Source of the DNA: a virus
Taxonomy: Duplodnaviria > Heunggongvirae > Uroviricota > Caudoviricetes
Length of the DNA: 29,753 nt
Direction: 5' to 3' (one strand)
IMG/VR virus record: IMGVR_UViG_2541047785_000004
Location: 1 to 29,753 of that record
Of the stretch, positions 12,725-20,080 are shown piece by piece. Position 1 is the stretch's first letter. Each line of letters opens with the position of its first letter. Position numbers and translations under genes: made by a program. The notes under the pieces are model-generated. The model was not told the DNA's origin, did no database searches, and saw only the letters and a program-made list of their open reading frames with translations.

Positions 12725-13396
12725 CTATGAAAATGCCGCCTTTTGTTCTGAACGTGCTCCCTCCACCAACAATAAAGCTTCACCATCCAGCCGATGAAAA
12801 ATGTGTTTCATTGCAACCCAGTGACCAGTAAATGTCTTGGACCAGTTTTTGGTTGTTACTCCCACCAGTAACGCCAGTTCCTGGTATTCGTAACCTTCCC
12901 CACCAAAAAGCTCAGCTTTTACCGCCTGCGCCGCCAACCAGATCAACGTCTTCAGGCGCACCAGAGTTTTTCCTGCAATTTTTCTGGTACCGGATTGAGC
13001 ATTAAATTCAGTCCACGCCCACTGCGTTATCGCGATCTGATACTCCCAGCAAATGCTACCGCTGTAACACCACAGCAGCCAGGCTTTATGATGTTCTTCA
13101 AGAGACAGAACGGCGCGTCGCCATGATGATGTCGAAAACTCAACCGGACTGACCAGGGCAATTGAAGAACCTTTCGCCAGCGATTGCTTTCCCGGGATCG
13201 GTGGATTATCCAGCGTTACTATTTTTCCAGTGACCTTATCGCGGTACCGGATTTTTTTACGTCTGTAACGCCCTGTATTGAACATGGCATTCTCCTGCCA
13301 GGCTTCAAGCTGACCTTTTGTTGCTCCACTCAAATCAGCGGTGGCGATCGTGAGCTGCTCACGCACAAACTGTAAATACTGGTTATTCATGCGCAC
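12725..13396 (-). CDS. Putative late-gene antiterminator (Q-position protein, family not recognised), about 221 aa from the ATG at 13390
   Basis: Occupies the Q position between rusA and the late promoter/terminator; ATG at 13390 overlaps the rusA stop (ATGA). No Zn-finger like lambda Q; functional call rests on synteny only. Confidence 0.5.
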   Translation of the reverse strand: MRMNNQYLQFVREQLTIATADLSGATKGQLEAWQENAMFNTGRYRRKKIRYRDKVTGKIVTLDNPPIPGKQSLAKGSSIALVSPVEFSTSSWRRAVLSLEEHHKAWLLWCYSGSICWEYQIAITQWAWTEFNAQSGTRKIAGKTLVRLKTLIWLAAQAVKAELFGGEGYEYQELALLVGVTTKNWSKTFTGHWVAMKHIFHRLDGEALLLVEGARSEQKAAFS

Positions 13397-13746
13397 TCCA
13401 GTTCTGTGATTTTTATCCCCAGCCGACCACCGGGAATAACCTGACCGCGCATAATATTAACTTCATCAAACTGCTCATCGTCGATAAGCAGTCCCGCATG
13501 TGTCAGTGCATCCAGTGGTGCTTTCAGAATATTGTCCAGGTCACGACGGCGCTTATCCGGCGGCTCTGCAATAATTTTTATTGCCAGCCTTCCGGACAGA
13601 TTTAATTTCAGTTGCTGCTGGCGAACAATAAGCGCCACATCCCGGCGATAACGCTCCCCTGCTTTTGATACAAAATATGTGCTGCCACGACGACGCCAGT
13701 AGGTATTCACCGTCGGAGGGTAAGGCAAAACAAATTCTATCCCCAT
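13387..13746 (-). CDS. rusA: Holliday-junction resolvase RusA, 119 aa
   Basis: MGIEFVLPYPPTVNTYWRRRG...PPDKRRRDLDNILKAPLDALTHAGLLIDDEQ matches the RusA family pattern (…PDRRRRDLDNLQKA…DAL…); GAGG RBS. Confidence 0.9.
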   Translation of the reverse strand: MGIEFVLPYPPTVNTYWRRRGSTYFVSKAGERYRRDVALIVRQQQLKLNLSGRLAIKIIAEPPDKRRRDLDNILKAPLDALTHAGLLIDDEQFDEVNIMRGQVIPGGRLGIKITELECA

Positions 13747-13758
13747 CAGTAACCTCTT

Positions 13759-14808
13759 TTATCCGAGTACGCCAGTTGCAAAGGCGTGATCAAGAAAACG
13801 AAAAATTAAATCAACCTGAGACCCATGCTTTTCTTCGAACGCCTGCGGATCTGCATGAAGCTCGTTATGATGTTCCCGGCACAGCGGCAACGTAAAAATA
13901 TCGTGGGCTTTTGTCCCCATTCCGCCCTGACCGTGACCAATCAGGTGATGGGGATCGTCTGCTGGCTTACAACAACATGTACACGGCTGTGTCTTTACCC
14001 AGCGCGTGTATTTCTCATTCACCCAGCGGCGACGTTTAGGCCGCTTCATGAATGATTCCGGTGACTCCGGATCAACGGCAATGCTGACCACCGTCTTTTC
14101 CTGTGGCGGGATTTGTTGCTGGTGGACATGAGGCAACGGCGCAAGATTTTTTGTGCGCTGCTTCAGTATGCTGGTGGCGCTCTGCTCTCCCGGTACGATG
14201 TCACTTTCGCGATACACCGAGTGGATTTTTTCCACACGTAATCCCAGAGAGCGACGTAATACTGCCTCCGGTAGCGCGTCCGCCACCTGATTGCAGACCG
14301 CCCACCAGGATAATTCAGCCAGCGATAATTCCCACTCTTGTGTGCCATTCATTGCGTGACGTATGACGTCAATCATCCAGGCTGCCAGATTCTGCTGAGC
14401 AAGTTGCTCCAGTGAATCAGATGTCTGCTCCCGCAGCTGGTTGTCGCAGTGCCAGCACAACACCATCGCGCCAGTACCGTAACGATGTATGACGGTTTCG
14501 CTGTGATGATAATCGCCGTGTGGCCACTGGCAGGATTTCACGTGACGTAATAGCCAGTCAGACAGTGCGCCAGCACCACCTACAGCACGGATCACCCGCT
14601 CATCGCTGAAAAATGGCAGTAACGATTTGTCTTGCGCCAGCGGCTGGCGAACAGCGGGAACCTCTCCTGATGGCAGCGCCCGCATGTTTTTCGGTTCCGG
14701 CTCCACCAGTACCCGGGTATTGTAAAATACCGGCATGGATTCACGGCCCGGATTAAGGACCACCAGCCCAAGTTCCGGTACCAGAACAGGTCGAAGTAAT
14801 ACCCGCAC
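13759..14808 (-). CDS. DUF968-like (YdfU-like) phage protein with C-terminal Cys/His cluster, 349 aa
   Basis: GTG start with GGAGGT RBS 1 nt after the upstream stop; C-terminal region CTCCCKPADDPHHLIGHGQGGMGTKAHDIFTLPLCREHHNELH resembles an HNH/zinc-binding motif; nin-region position. Confidence 0.7.
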   Translation of the reverse strand: MRVLLRPVLVPELGLVVLNPGRESMPVFYNTRVLVEPEPKNMRALPSGEVPAVRQPLAQDKSLLPFFSDERVIRAVGGAGALSDWLLRHVKSCQWPHGDYHHSETVIHRYGTGAMVLCWHCDNQLREQTSDSLEQLAQQNLAAWMIDVIRHAMNGTQEWELSLAELSWWAVCNQVADALPEAVLRRSLGLRVEKIHSVYRESDIVPGEQSATSILKQRTKNLAPLPHVHQQQIPPQEKTVVSIAVDPESPESFMKRPKRRRWVNEKYTRWVKTQPCTCCCKPADDPHHLIGHGQGGMGTKAHDIFTLPLCREHHNELHADPQAFEEKHGSQVDLIFRFLDHAFATGVLG

Positions 14809-14809
14809 G

Positions 14810-15082
14810 TTACCTCCAGATACGTTGCTGGTATGTGCGGGATGGACGCGGTGGGCGTTCGGAATAAGGGAGCCTGACAGAGATTATCCAGTGACGATAA
14901 TCGAGGCTGAGGGCTTTCTTAATCTCGTATCCTTGTCTGCGGTAGCACTGAATTAGCCACTCGGCCTGTTCTTCAGTGCATGGGTCATGCTGGAACCAGT
15001 CAGATTTGAATGTATGAGAACGCCGCCCGTGCCTGCTGGCAAGGTCGGTATCAGAATTGTGATGTTTGGTATTGTGCGCCAT
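14810..15082 (-). CDS. Hypothetical nin-region protein, 90 aa
   Basis: Complete ORF tightly coupled to the downstream DUF968 gene; basic and His-rich; no recognised motif. Confidence 0.45.
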   Translation of the reverse strand: MAHNTKHHNSDTDLASRHGRRSHTFKSDWFQHDPCTEEQAEWLIQCYRRQGYEIKKALSLDYRHWIISVRLPYSERPPRPSRTYQQRIWR

Positions 15083-15160
15083 CGGTTTTCTCTGCTGGCG
15101 CAGCAGGTGCCAGTTGTTCAGGCTGGCCTGTGGATTGTAAACCAGAATACGTAAAACAAA

Positions 15161-15185
15161 AAACCCGCCGAAGCGGGTTTAGATT
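15161..15185 (-). terminator. Strong rho-independent terminator upstream of the nin-like genes (tR2-like position)
   Basis: Minus-strand RNA AAACCCGCUUCGGCGGGUUU followed by UUUUGUUUU (plus strand 15161-15180 aaacccgccgaagcgggttt). Confidence 0.75.
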
Positions 15186-15306
15186 AGATCATTATGCAAC
15201 TCTACGTTCGGGAGCAACCACAAACAGGAATCGGGAAAGGGTGCCCCTTCCTCGCATATCGCATAACTCCATTGATACAAGCGGAATAACGAAAAATAAT
15301 TTCGCA

Positions 15307-15505
15307 CGGTTTTCCGCATTCCTTACAGATTTTCATTGCCATAACCAGCAAGTCCCTGCATACCTGTATCCCCATACAGGTTGCGATTTGTTGGGAGAAC
15401 CGCTAAACTTGCATCTGTCAAATCCAAGTGTGGCGGTGGGGTTCTCCATCTGCACTGGAAAGTTATCGGACTTTCCATCCTAAGCCCTGTTACAGCAGGG
15501 CTTTT
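15307..15505 (+). ncRNA. Candidate ~200-nt plus-strand small RNA (promoter TTGATA-N17-AATAAT, intrinsic terminator at 15483-15505)
   Basis: No credible ORF; -35 TTGATA 15272-15277, -10 AATAAT 15295-15300; internal hairpins (acctgtat/atacaggt 15356-15380; ggagaacc/ggttctcc about 15393-15458); terminator agccctgttacagcagggcttttttat. Confidence 0.3.
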
Positions 15506-15988
15506 TTATAAAAAGTCAAATGATAGTTGATCCATATAAAATCCTAATTCGCGCAAAACCACCTCGGCAAACAAATCTGCTTGCCATTCAGCATCTTCAA
15601 TTTGCGAAGGTGGTTTATTGGAACTGTGAAATAACGCTCTATGCCCCAACACCAAATGTCCGATTTCATGAAAGAGCACAAATAATGCTTCTCTATCACC
15701 TTTACATGCCAACTCAAATGTATGATTCGGCACACTAATTGTCAGTGTAATTGGATCGTAATGCCCAGATGTCAAATCATATGTAGCTTTAGTCCACGCA
15801 CGATCCTCAACGATATTGAGCGTTATCCCATATTCACTCAACAACTCAAATGCATGGTCTAACCGCTTTTTTCTTTTCAACGTTTTAAGGTCGAAGATCG
15901 CGCTATAGTTAACAGCGCGAGTTGTTATATCAACAATACTCATTGGTGCAACACGATTTCCACGTAATGTGTAAGCTGATTGTTCCAA
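15506..15988 (-). CDS. ImmA/IrrE-family zinc metallopeptidase (HEIGH motif), 160 aa, TTG start
   Basis: FVLFHEIGHLVLGHRALF contains the HExxH zinc-binding motif typical of ImmA/IrrE (COG2856) peptidases; TTG start 6 nt after the HTH gene stop with GAGGG RBS. Confidence 0.8.
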   Translation of the reverse strand: MEQSAYTLRGNRVAPMSIVDITTRAVNYSAIFDLKTLKRKKRLDHAFELLSEYGITLNIVEDRAWTKATYDLTSGHYDPITLTISVPNHTFELACKGDREALFVLFHEIGHLVLGHRALFHSSNKPPSQIEDAEWQADLFAEVVLRELGFYMDQLSFDFL

Positions 15989-15991
15989 CGA

Positions 15992-16351
15992 TTATCCCTC
16001 AACATGATTAATACTTTTCATCAACTCTGCTATTCGCTTTAACTGCTCTGGTGTTAATGGGGATTTAGCAAAACCAGCAACCAACATTTGCTGATTTTGC
16101 GACAATCCATCAAGGGAAACAAACTGATTAGATACATCAGCCAATTCCTGAAGATTATTAATCTCATAACCTCTTTTCAGGAAAAAAGCCTGAATCTCTT
16201 TTACCCATTTTTTGGGGATTTTCTTACTGCCTGTTTCTAAACCGCTCAGAAAAGCTGAAGTTACTCCCAGTTCTTGGGCCATCGTAAGCAATGTGCAGTC
16301 GGTATCTATCCTCGCTTTTCTAACGGCCTTACCGAATTCAGTGAGTGCCAT
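15992..16351 (-). CDS. XRE-family helix-turn-helix transcriptional regulator, 119 aa
   Basis: N-terminal HTH (AVRKARIDTDCTLLTMAQELGVTSAFLSGLETG); GAGGA RBS; co-oriented with and immediately upstream of the ImmA-like gene. Confidence 0.85.
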   Translation of the reverse strand: MALTEFGKAVRKARIDTDCTLLTMAQELGVTSAFLSGLETGSKKIPKKWVKEIQAFFLKRGYEINNLQELADVSNQFVSLDGLSQNQQMLVAGFAKSPLTPEQLKRIAELMKSINHVEG

Positions 16352-16577
16352 AGTTAATTCCTCGATTCGCTATAAGTAACAGGCTGCCTATTTTCGGAGC
16401 ACAACCTGTGATGAAGACTTCATGACTAATAAATTATCATAAAAAATGATTTTGTAAACCATTTTGGTAAATTTATTATCTGAAAGCAAAAAAACGCCAA
16501 AGAGGGTTAAGCGCGGGTGCGTTGAGGATGCCGACACATCAGAGGTGGCGGGAGATTACTCTCCCGCCTGGTCACTC

Positions 16578-16733
16578 TTACTTCTCAGATTCGTAGTCCA
16601 CGAAGACAGCAACCTCCGTCTGGCCGGTTCGGATTCGTACCTCGCAGAGGTCTTTCCTCGTTACCAGTGCCGTCACTATGACGGTTAAACAGATGACGAT
16701 CAGGGCGATTAACATCGCCTTTTGCTGCTTCAT
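16578..16733 (-). CDS. hok: Hok/Gef-family type I toxin (HokD/RelF-like), 51 aa
   Basis: MKQQKAMLIALIVICLTVIVTALVTRKDLCEVRIRTGQTEVAVFVDYESEK: single TM helix plus the conserved LTRK.LCE.R...EVA.F..YE tail of Hok proteins; AAGGAG RBS 9 nt upstream; stable hairpin GGCGGGAG/CTCCCGCC (16547-16568) in the 3' region. Confidence 0.8.
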   Translation of the reverse strand: MKQQKAMLIALIVICLTVIVTALVTRKDLCEVRIRTGQTEVAVFVDYESEK

Positions 16734-17023
16734 AGCCTGCTTCTCCTTGCCTTTCGGCACGTAAGAGGCTAACCTAGATTTGCCGTTCATAGATTGAGCC
16801 TCAGATTAATGTTAAGCGTCTTGCAGGACGCGTAATGTTAACTGGGCTTTTCTTTATCTGCCTTTTGATGTTCATGCCTGAGACAGATAGCCTCAAGCAC
16901 CCGCAGCGATTTTACTTACCCTCCCCTCTAGTTCATTCGATACTACAACTTTATTTTCTTTTCGTTGTCTATATAGTAAATAACATGTAATAAAAGTTAG
17001 TCACTAACAATGGAGAGATGCAT

Positions 17024-17242
17024 ATGCCCACACTTATCGGAAAAGTGCTTCGTCGATACACAAGTGCTGTAGCAACCCATGTTGACACCCATCTTGAGCA
17101 AACGACAAAATATCGTCTTACAGTTGATGCGAACGGTAATGCCACCCTGAACATAGAAAACCCAGAAGTTCAAGCAGACATCATCAAGAAAATGAAACAA
17201 TTGCGAAAACTACATAACCGTACAGACAAGGAAGTTGCTTAA
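17024..17242 (+). CDS. Small soluble hypothetical protein (72 aa), first gene of a coupled two-gene cassette
   Basis: GGAGAG 6 nt upstream of the ATG at 17024; stop overlaps the downstream start (TAATG at 17240-17244). Confidence 0.55.
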   Translation: MPTLIGKVLRRYTSAVATHVDTHLEQTTKYRLTVDANGNATLNIENPEVQADIIKKMKQLRKLHNRTDKEVA

Positions 17243-18033
17243 TGGGTCCATTGATTATAACTGTGATTCTCGTGTGTGGTTTTTGGTACACCGAGAATCA
17301 CTATCAATCGAGAATTCATCACGCAAGAACAAATGGGTGGTCATCCTATTTCTACGTTGCAATGCATGGGTGTCGTTTTGTTGCTCAAGGATTTCTTTTG
17401 ACGCTCGGGATCTACATGCTTTTCTGGCTACTGAACTCTATCCCACACATAATCAATATTTTCCGAGACAAACCTATAGAATGGCATTTTTTTAATTGGT
17501 TACTTGAAACCAAAGTGATGGAATTACCACTTTTTGCTGTCATCACCATCATTTTCGCTTGTTGTATTGCTTACTCTGAAGGGGTGGATGCGCGAAAAGA
17601 AATGGAGAATGAAGAAGCGCGGCAAAAGGCTTACAGGGAGATGGCATCAAAAGATTCACTAGAAAACCTATTGATCCAAGCCATTGACACAGAGATGCTG
17701 ATTTTTGTAACACTAAAATCCAGAAAAGTATATATCGGGTATGTGGCAGCACCACGTGTTGAATTCCACAACAGTGCGCATCTTGAGATCATACCATTCA
17801 TTAGTGGTTACAGAGATAAGGATTCACTACGCTACATAGAACAACACCGATACTATGATCTCTATCTATCCAAAGAAATCACATTTGAGTCCGAACCATT
17901 AAATTTACAACATTTTCGACACGTCATTCCTATCGAACAAATTGAAGCGATCTCGCTCTTTGATGAAAGCACGTACAGCGATTTTGAAAGATTTTCCGAG
18001 CCAATGCCTGACACAAAGCAATTACCAGTATAG
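17242..18033 (+). CDS. Membrane protein with three N-terminal TM helices and a ~150-aa cytoplasmic domain of unknown function, 263 aa
   Basis: Hydrophobic segments PLIITVILVCGFWY, FLLTLGIYMLFWLLNSI, LPLFAVITIIFACCIAY, then a charged soluble domain; low GC; opposite strand to the flanking early-operon genes. Confidence 0.7.
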   Translation: MGPLIITVILVCGFWYTENHYQSRIHHARTNGWSSYFYVAMHGCRFVAQGFLLTLGIYMLFWLLNSIPHIINIFRDKPIEWHFFNWLLETKVMELPLFAVITIIFACCIAYSEGVDARKEMENEEARQKAYREMASKDSLENLLIQAIDTEMLIFVTLKSRKVYIGYVAAPRVEFHNSAHLEIIPFISGYRDKDSLRYIEQHRYYDLYLSKEITFESEPLNLQHFRHVIPIEQIEAISLFDESTYSDFERFSEPMPDTKQLPV

Positions 18034-18237
18034 TATTACCCCCCCCTCTAACGATATACTAAAAAGCCGCTACAACTGGACTGCCCCTATAAAGTTGGAC
18101 AGTTCATGTTAAGCGGCTTTCAGGGCTTGACCCAACAGAAGTTAGATTGTAAGTATCCCGCTTAAACGGACCATCTGGTCTTTGTTCCACGGTGACGTGC
18201 TCATACTCATACCTCCTGAAATGTGGGAGATTTGAGT

Positions 18238-18366
18238 ATGGTTGTCCCTTATGAGAGAAATTTGCACGAAGTGGATAAGTTACCGGAGCTGAAGGTCCGC
18301 TGTGAGCGAAGAGCGGACCTGAGATTGTGGTATGCTAATTTATGGGGATCAGGTCAATTGTATTAG
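18238..18366 (+). CDS. Possible 42-aa small ORF with hairpin-sequestered RBS
   Basis: GGGAGA 7 nt upstream of the ATG at 18238; peptide MVVPYERNLHEVDKLPELKVRCERRADLRLWYANLWGSGQLY; the RBS pairs with the upstream ACCTCC; contains a 9-bp perfect stem (18293-18320). Confidence 0.25.
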   Translation: MVVPYERNLHEVDKLPELKVRCERRADLRLWYANLWGSGQLY

Positions 18367-19055
18367 TTATCTTTTTGCTTTTCTTTATCCCATTTCTTTG
18401 CAGTGGTCTGATACCACTCTTCACGTACTCGTTGTTCCTCGGCTCTGTCACTTGAATTATAGTTGTCTGTTTTAATTTTTTTGCTTCCATGGGAAATCGG
18501 CCTCCAGTCTTCTCTAATCTTTTTCACCTGCTCGGCTATCTGTGTCATTGGACTCCTTGCACCTAAGTAGCTAACCCCCTCGAAAGAAGCCATATCATAA
18601 GAATACTCATTCCGCTCTCTTTCAGTTGAGCCCGGCTGTTTAGACCAACTAATACTAACAGAATAAACTTGATCTTTAATCTGTTCATACTTACAAAGAC
18701 TGCTGTTGAGCGAATGGCCGTTTTTTAATACGCTAACCTTGCTAAATGGTATACCTATATTTTTTCTATGTTCAGCATTTACCAGTGGGGGATTAAATCC
18801 GATTTCAATATCATAGGCTGGGGCATTTCCGGTATTAGCAATATTGATATCAAAATAAAAAGCAGCCCAAGAATTTGGTTCAAGAGTCACAACGACGTGA
18901 GGTTGAACTGATGCGTCAACCATCCTTTTTGTCTCGTCTGCTAATAGCCTTGTTACTCTCCACAAGAAAAATGTAGCAACTGCTGTTAGCAATGCTGCCA
19001 AAGCGGAGATAAGTGTGCTTACTGTGTTTATATGCTCTGCGATAAATTCGATCAT
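18363..19055 (-). CDS. Membrane-anchored hypothetical protein (single N-terminal TM, ~190-aa soluble domain), 230 aa
   Basis: AAGGA RBS 7 nt upstream of the ATG; N-terminal helix VSTLISALAALLTAVATFFLW; own long (~450 bp) upstream region; low GC. Confidence 0.7.
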   Translation of the reverse strand: MIEFIAEHINTVSTLISALAALLTAVATFFLWRVTRLLADETKRMVDASVQPHVVVTLEPNSWAAFYFDINIANTGNAPAYDIEIGFNPPLVNAEHRKNIGIPFSKVSVLKNGHSLNSSLCKYEQIKDQVYSVSISWSKQPGSTERERNEYSYDMASFEGVSYLGARSPMTQIAEQVKKIREDWRPISHGSKKIKTDNYNSSDRAEEQRVREEWYQTTAKKWDKEKQKDN

Positions 19056-19543
19056 GAGTTGTCCTTGGGGGCGTACTAATTGTTTTCAAGACTAAAATAG
19101 CGCCGGGCTTGAAAAATTGCACACTTATGGTTCGATTTACCTCAACAGTTAAGGCTTCAGCTTCCCCCATGCACCTCACCCAGCTCAAGGCTGTATGATG
19201 TCTGACAAAGAACTTACTGACACTTGAAAACGAGGTAGCGGCTAGGATTTCTCGTAGGGGAAGGATTGAATACGAAGCCTGTATATTGCTCCGCGAACGC
19301 TGCTGAGAGCAGTTTAAATGTTGGGCGTTTATGTGGCCTTTCACTCACCAGCATGAGTTCAATGCCTGTGAATTACCGACAACAATATAAAGGGGGTGGC
19401 ATCATATATCCAAGGTAGAGTCAAATCCTTTAACTGGTTTTATGATCAGCGTCAATTGTTTAATTATTGAACGTTTACGAAGCGGCACGGGAGTCATATA
19501 ACTAATGGGCAGGTATAAGCCTGTATCACGAGGAATCAGTAAA

Positions 19544-19723
19544 ATGGCTGATGATAAGACCAAAATCGGTACCCCTGACAATGATTTAATAAGTATCAAA
19601 CAGGATTACGAAAGACGTGATTGGGCTGAAAAGTTTGGAGTTAGCGAGGCCAAACTTGTTCAAGCCGTACAGGCTGTAGGTCATTCGGCTAAGAAAGTAC
19701 AGGCATGGCTTAAAGACCATTAA
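19544..19723 (+). CDS. DUF3606-family small protein, ~59 aa from the ATG at 19544 (track ORF begins at 19505)
   Basis: MADDKTKIGTPDNDLISIKQDYERRDWAEKFGVSEAKLVQAVQAVGHSAKKVQAWLKDH matches the DUF3606 pattern (…D..Y…W..K.GVS…L..AV..VG.S…V…L). Confidence 0.65.
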   Translation: MADDKTKIGTPDNDLISIKQDYERRDWAEKFGVSEAKLVQAVQAVGHSAKKVQAWLKDH

Positions 19724-19728
19724 TATAT

Positions 19729-19756
19729 GAGCGCCTTTCTAGGCGCTTTTTTCTTT
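19729..19756 (+). terminator. Rho-independent terminator after the DUF3606 gene
   Basis: agcgcct-ttct-aggcgct followed by ttttttcttt. Confidence 0.7.
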
Positions 19757-19775
19757 GTCCTTTTGGAGATGATTT

Positions 19776-20054
19776 ATGGCTAATAATTTATTTATTACTT
19801 ATGATCTCATTAAAACGAAAGATTATGCGGCTGTGTATGATGCAATTAAATCTTTAGGAAATTGGGCTTTAACAACTGAATCGAACTGGTATGTTAACTG
19901 TAGTTACTCTGCCGAGGATGCAGCCAAAATTGTGAGGGCGGTCATGGATAGTGATGATAAACTTATTGTTGTAGACGCAACCAATAACTTAGTTTATTGG
20001 TACAATCTCTCTGATGAAGTTAGTAACCAAATTCAGACTGAGTGGTACAAGTAA
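19776..20054 (+). CDS. Hypothetical protein, 92 aa
   Basis: GGAG RBS; complete ORF MANNLFITYDLIKTKDYAAVYDAIKSLGNW...; followed by the aaaggggg/ccccccttt hairpin. Confidence 0.6.
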   Translation: MANNLFITYDLIKTKDYAAVYDAIKSLGNWALTTESNWYVNCSYSAEDAAKIVRAVMDSDDKLIVVDATNNLVYWYNLSDEVSNQIQTEWYK

Positions 20055-20055
20055 T

Positions 20056-20080
20056 TAAAGGGGGATACCCCCCTTTAATT
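20056..20080. terminator. Palindromic G/C hairpin (aaaggggg-atac-ccccccttt) between convergent genes, possible bidirectional terminator
   Basis: Perfect 8-9 bp stem flanked by A/T runs on both sides. Confidence 0.5.

Noticed and set aside
15010-15483. 157-aa plus-strand ORF
   Set aside because: Runs across the strong minus-strand terminator and hairpin-dense segment; low-complexity translation (AGAAGASCSG…); better explained as the structured non-coding region.
16790-17017. relB/relE genes expected upstream of a HokD-like gene
   Set aside because: The 230 bp upstream of hok contains only tiny ORFs (under 15 codons) and no RelE-like translation in any frame, so the hok gene is not part of a relBEF operon here.
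18034-18362. Possible retron msr/msd or other RT-associated ncRNA suggested by long inverted repeats
   Set aside because: No reverse-transcriptase ORF (no YADD-containing protein) anywhere in the window; the hairpins are better explained as mRNA 3' structures or the small-ORF control element.
18916-19344. 142-aa minus-strand ORF
   Set aside because: Overlaps the 5' end of the well-supported 230-aa gene in another frame and extends into its upstream region; Ser/Arg-rich, no RBS.
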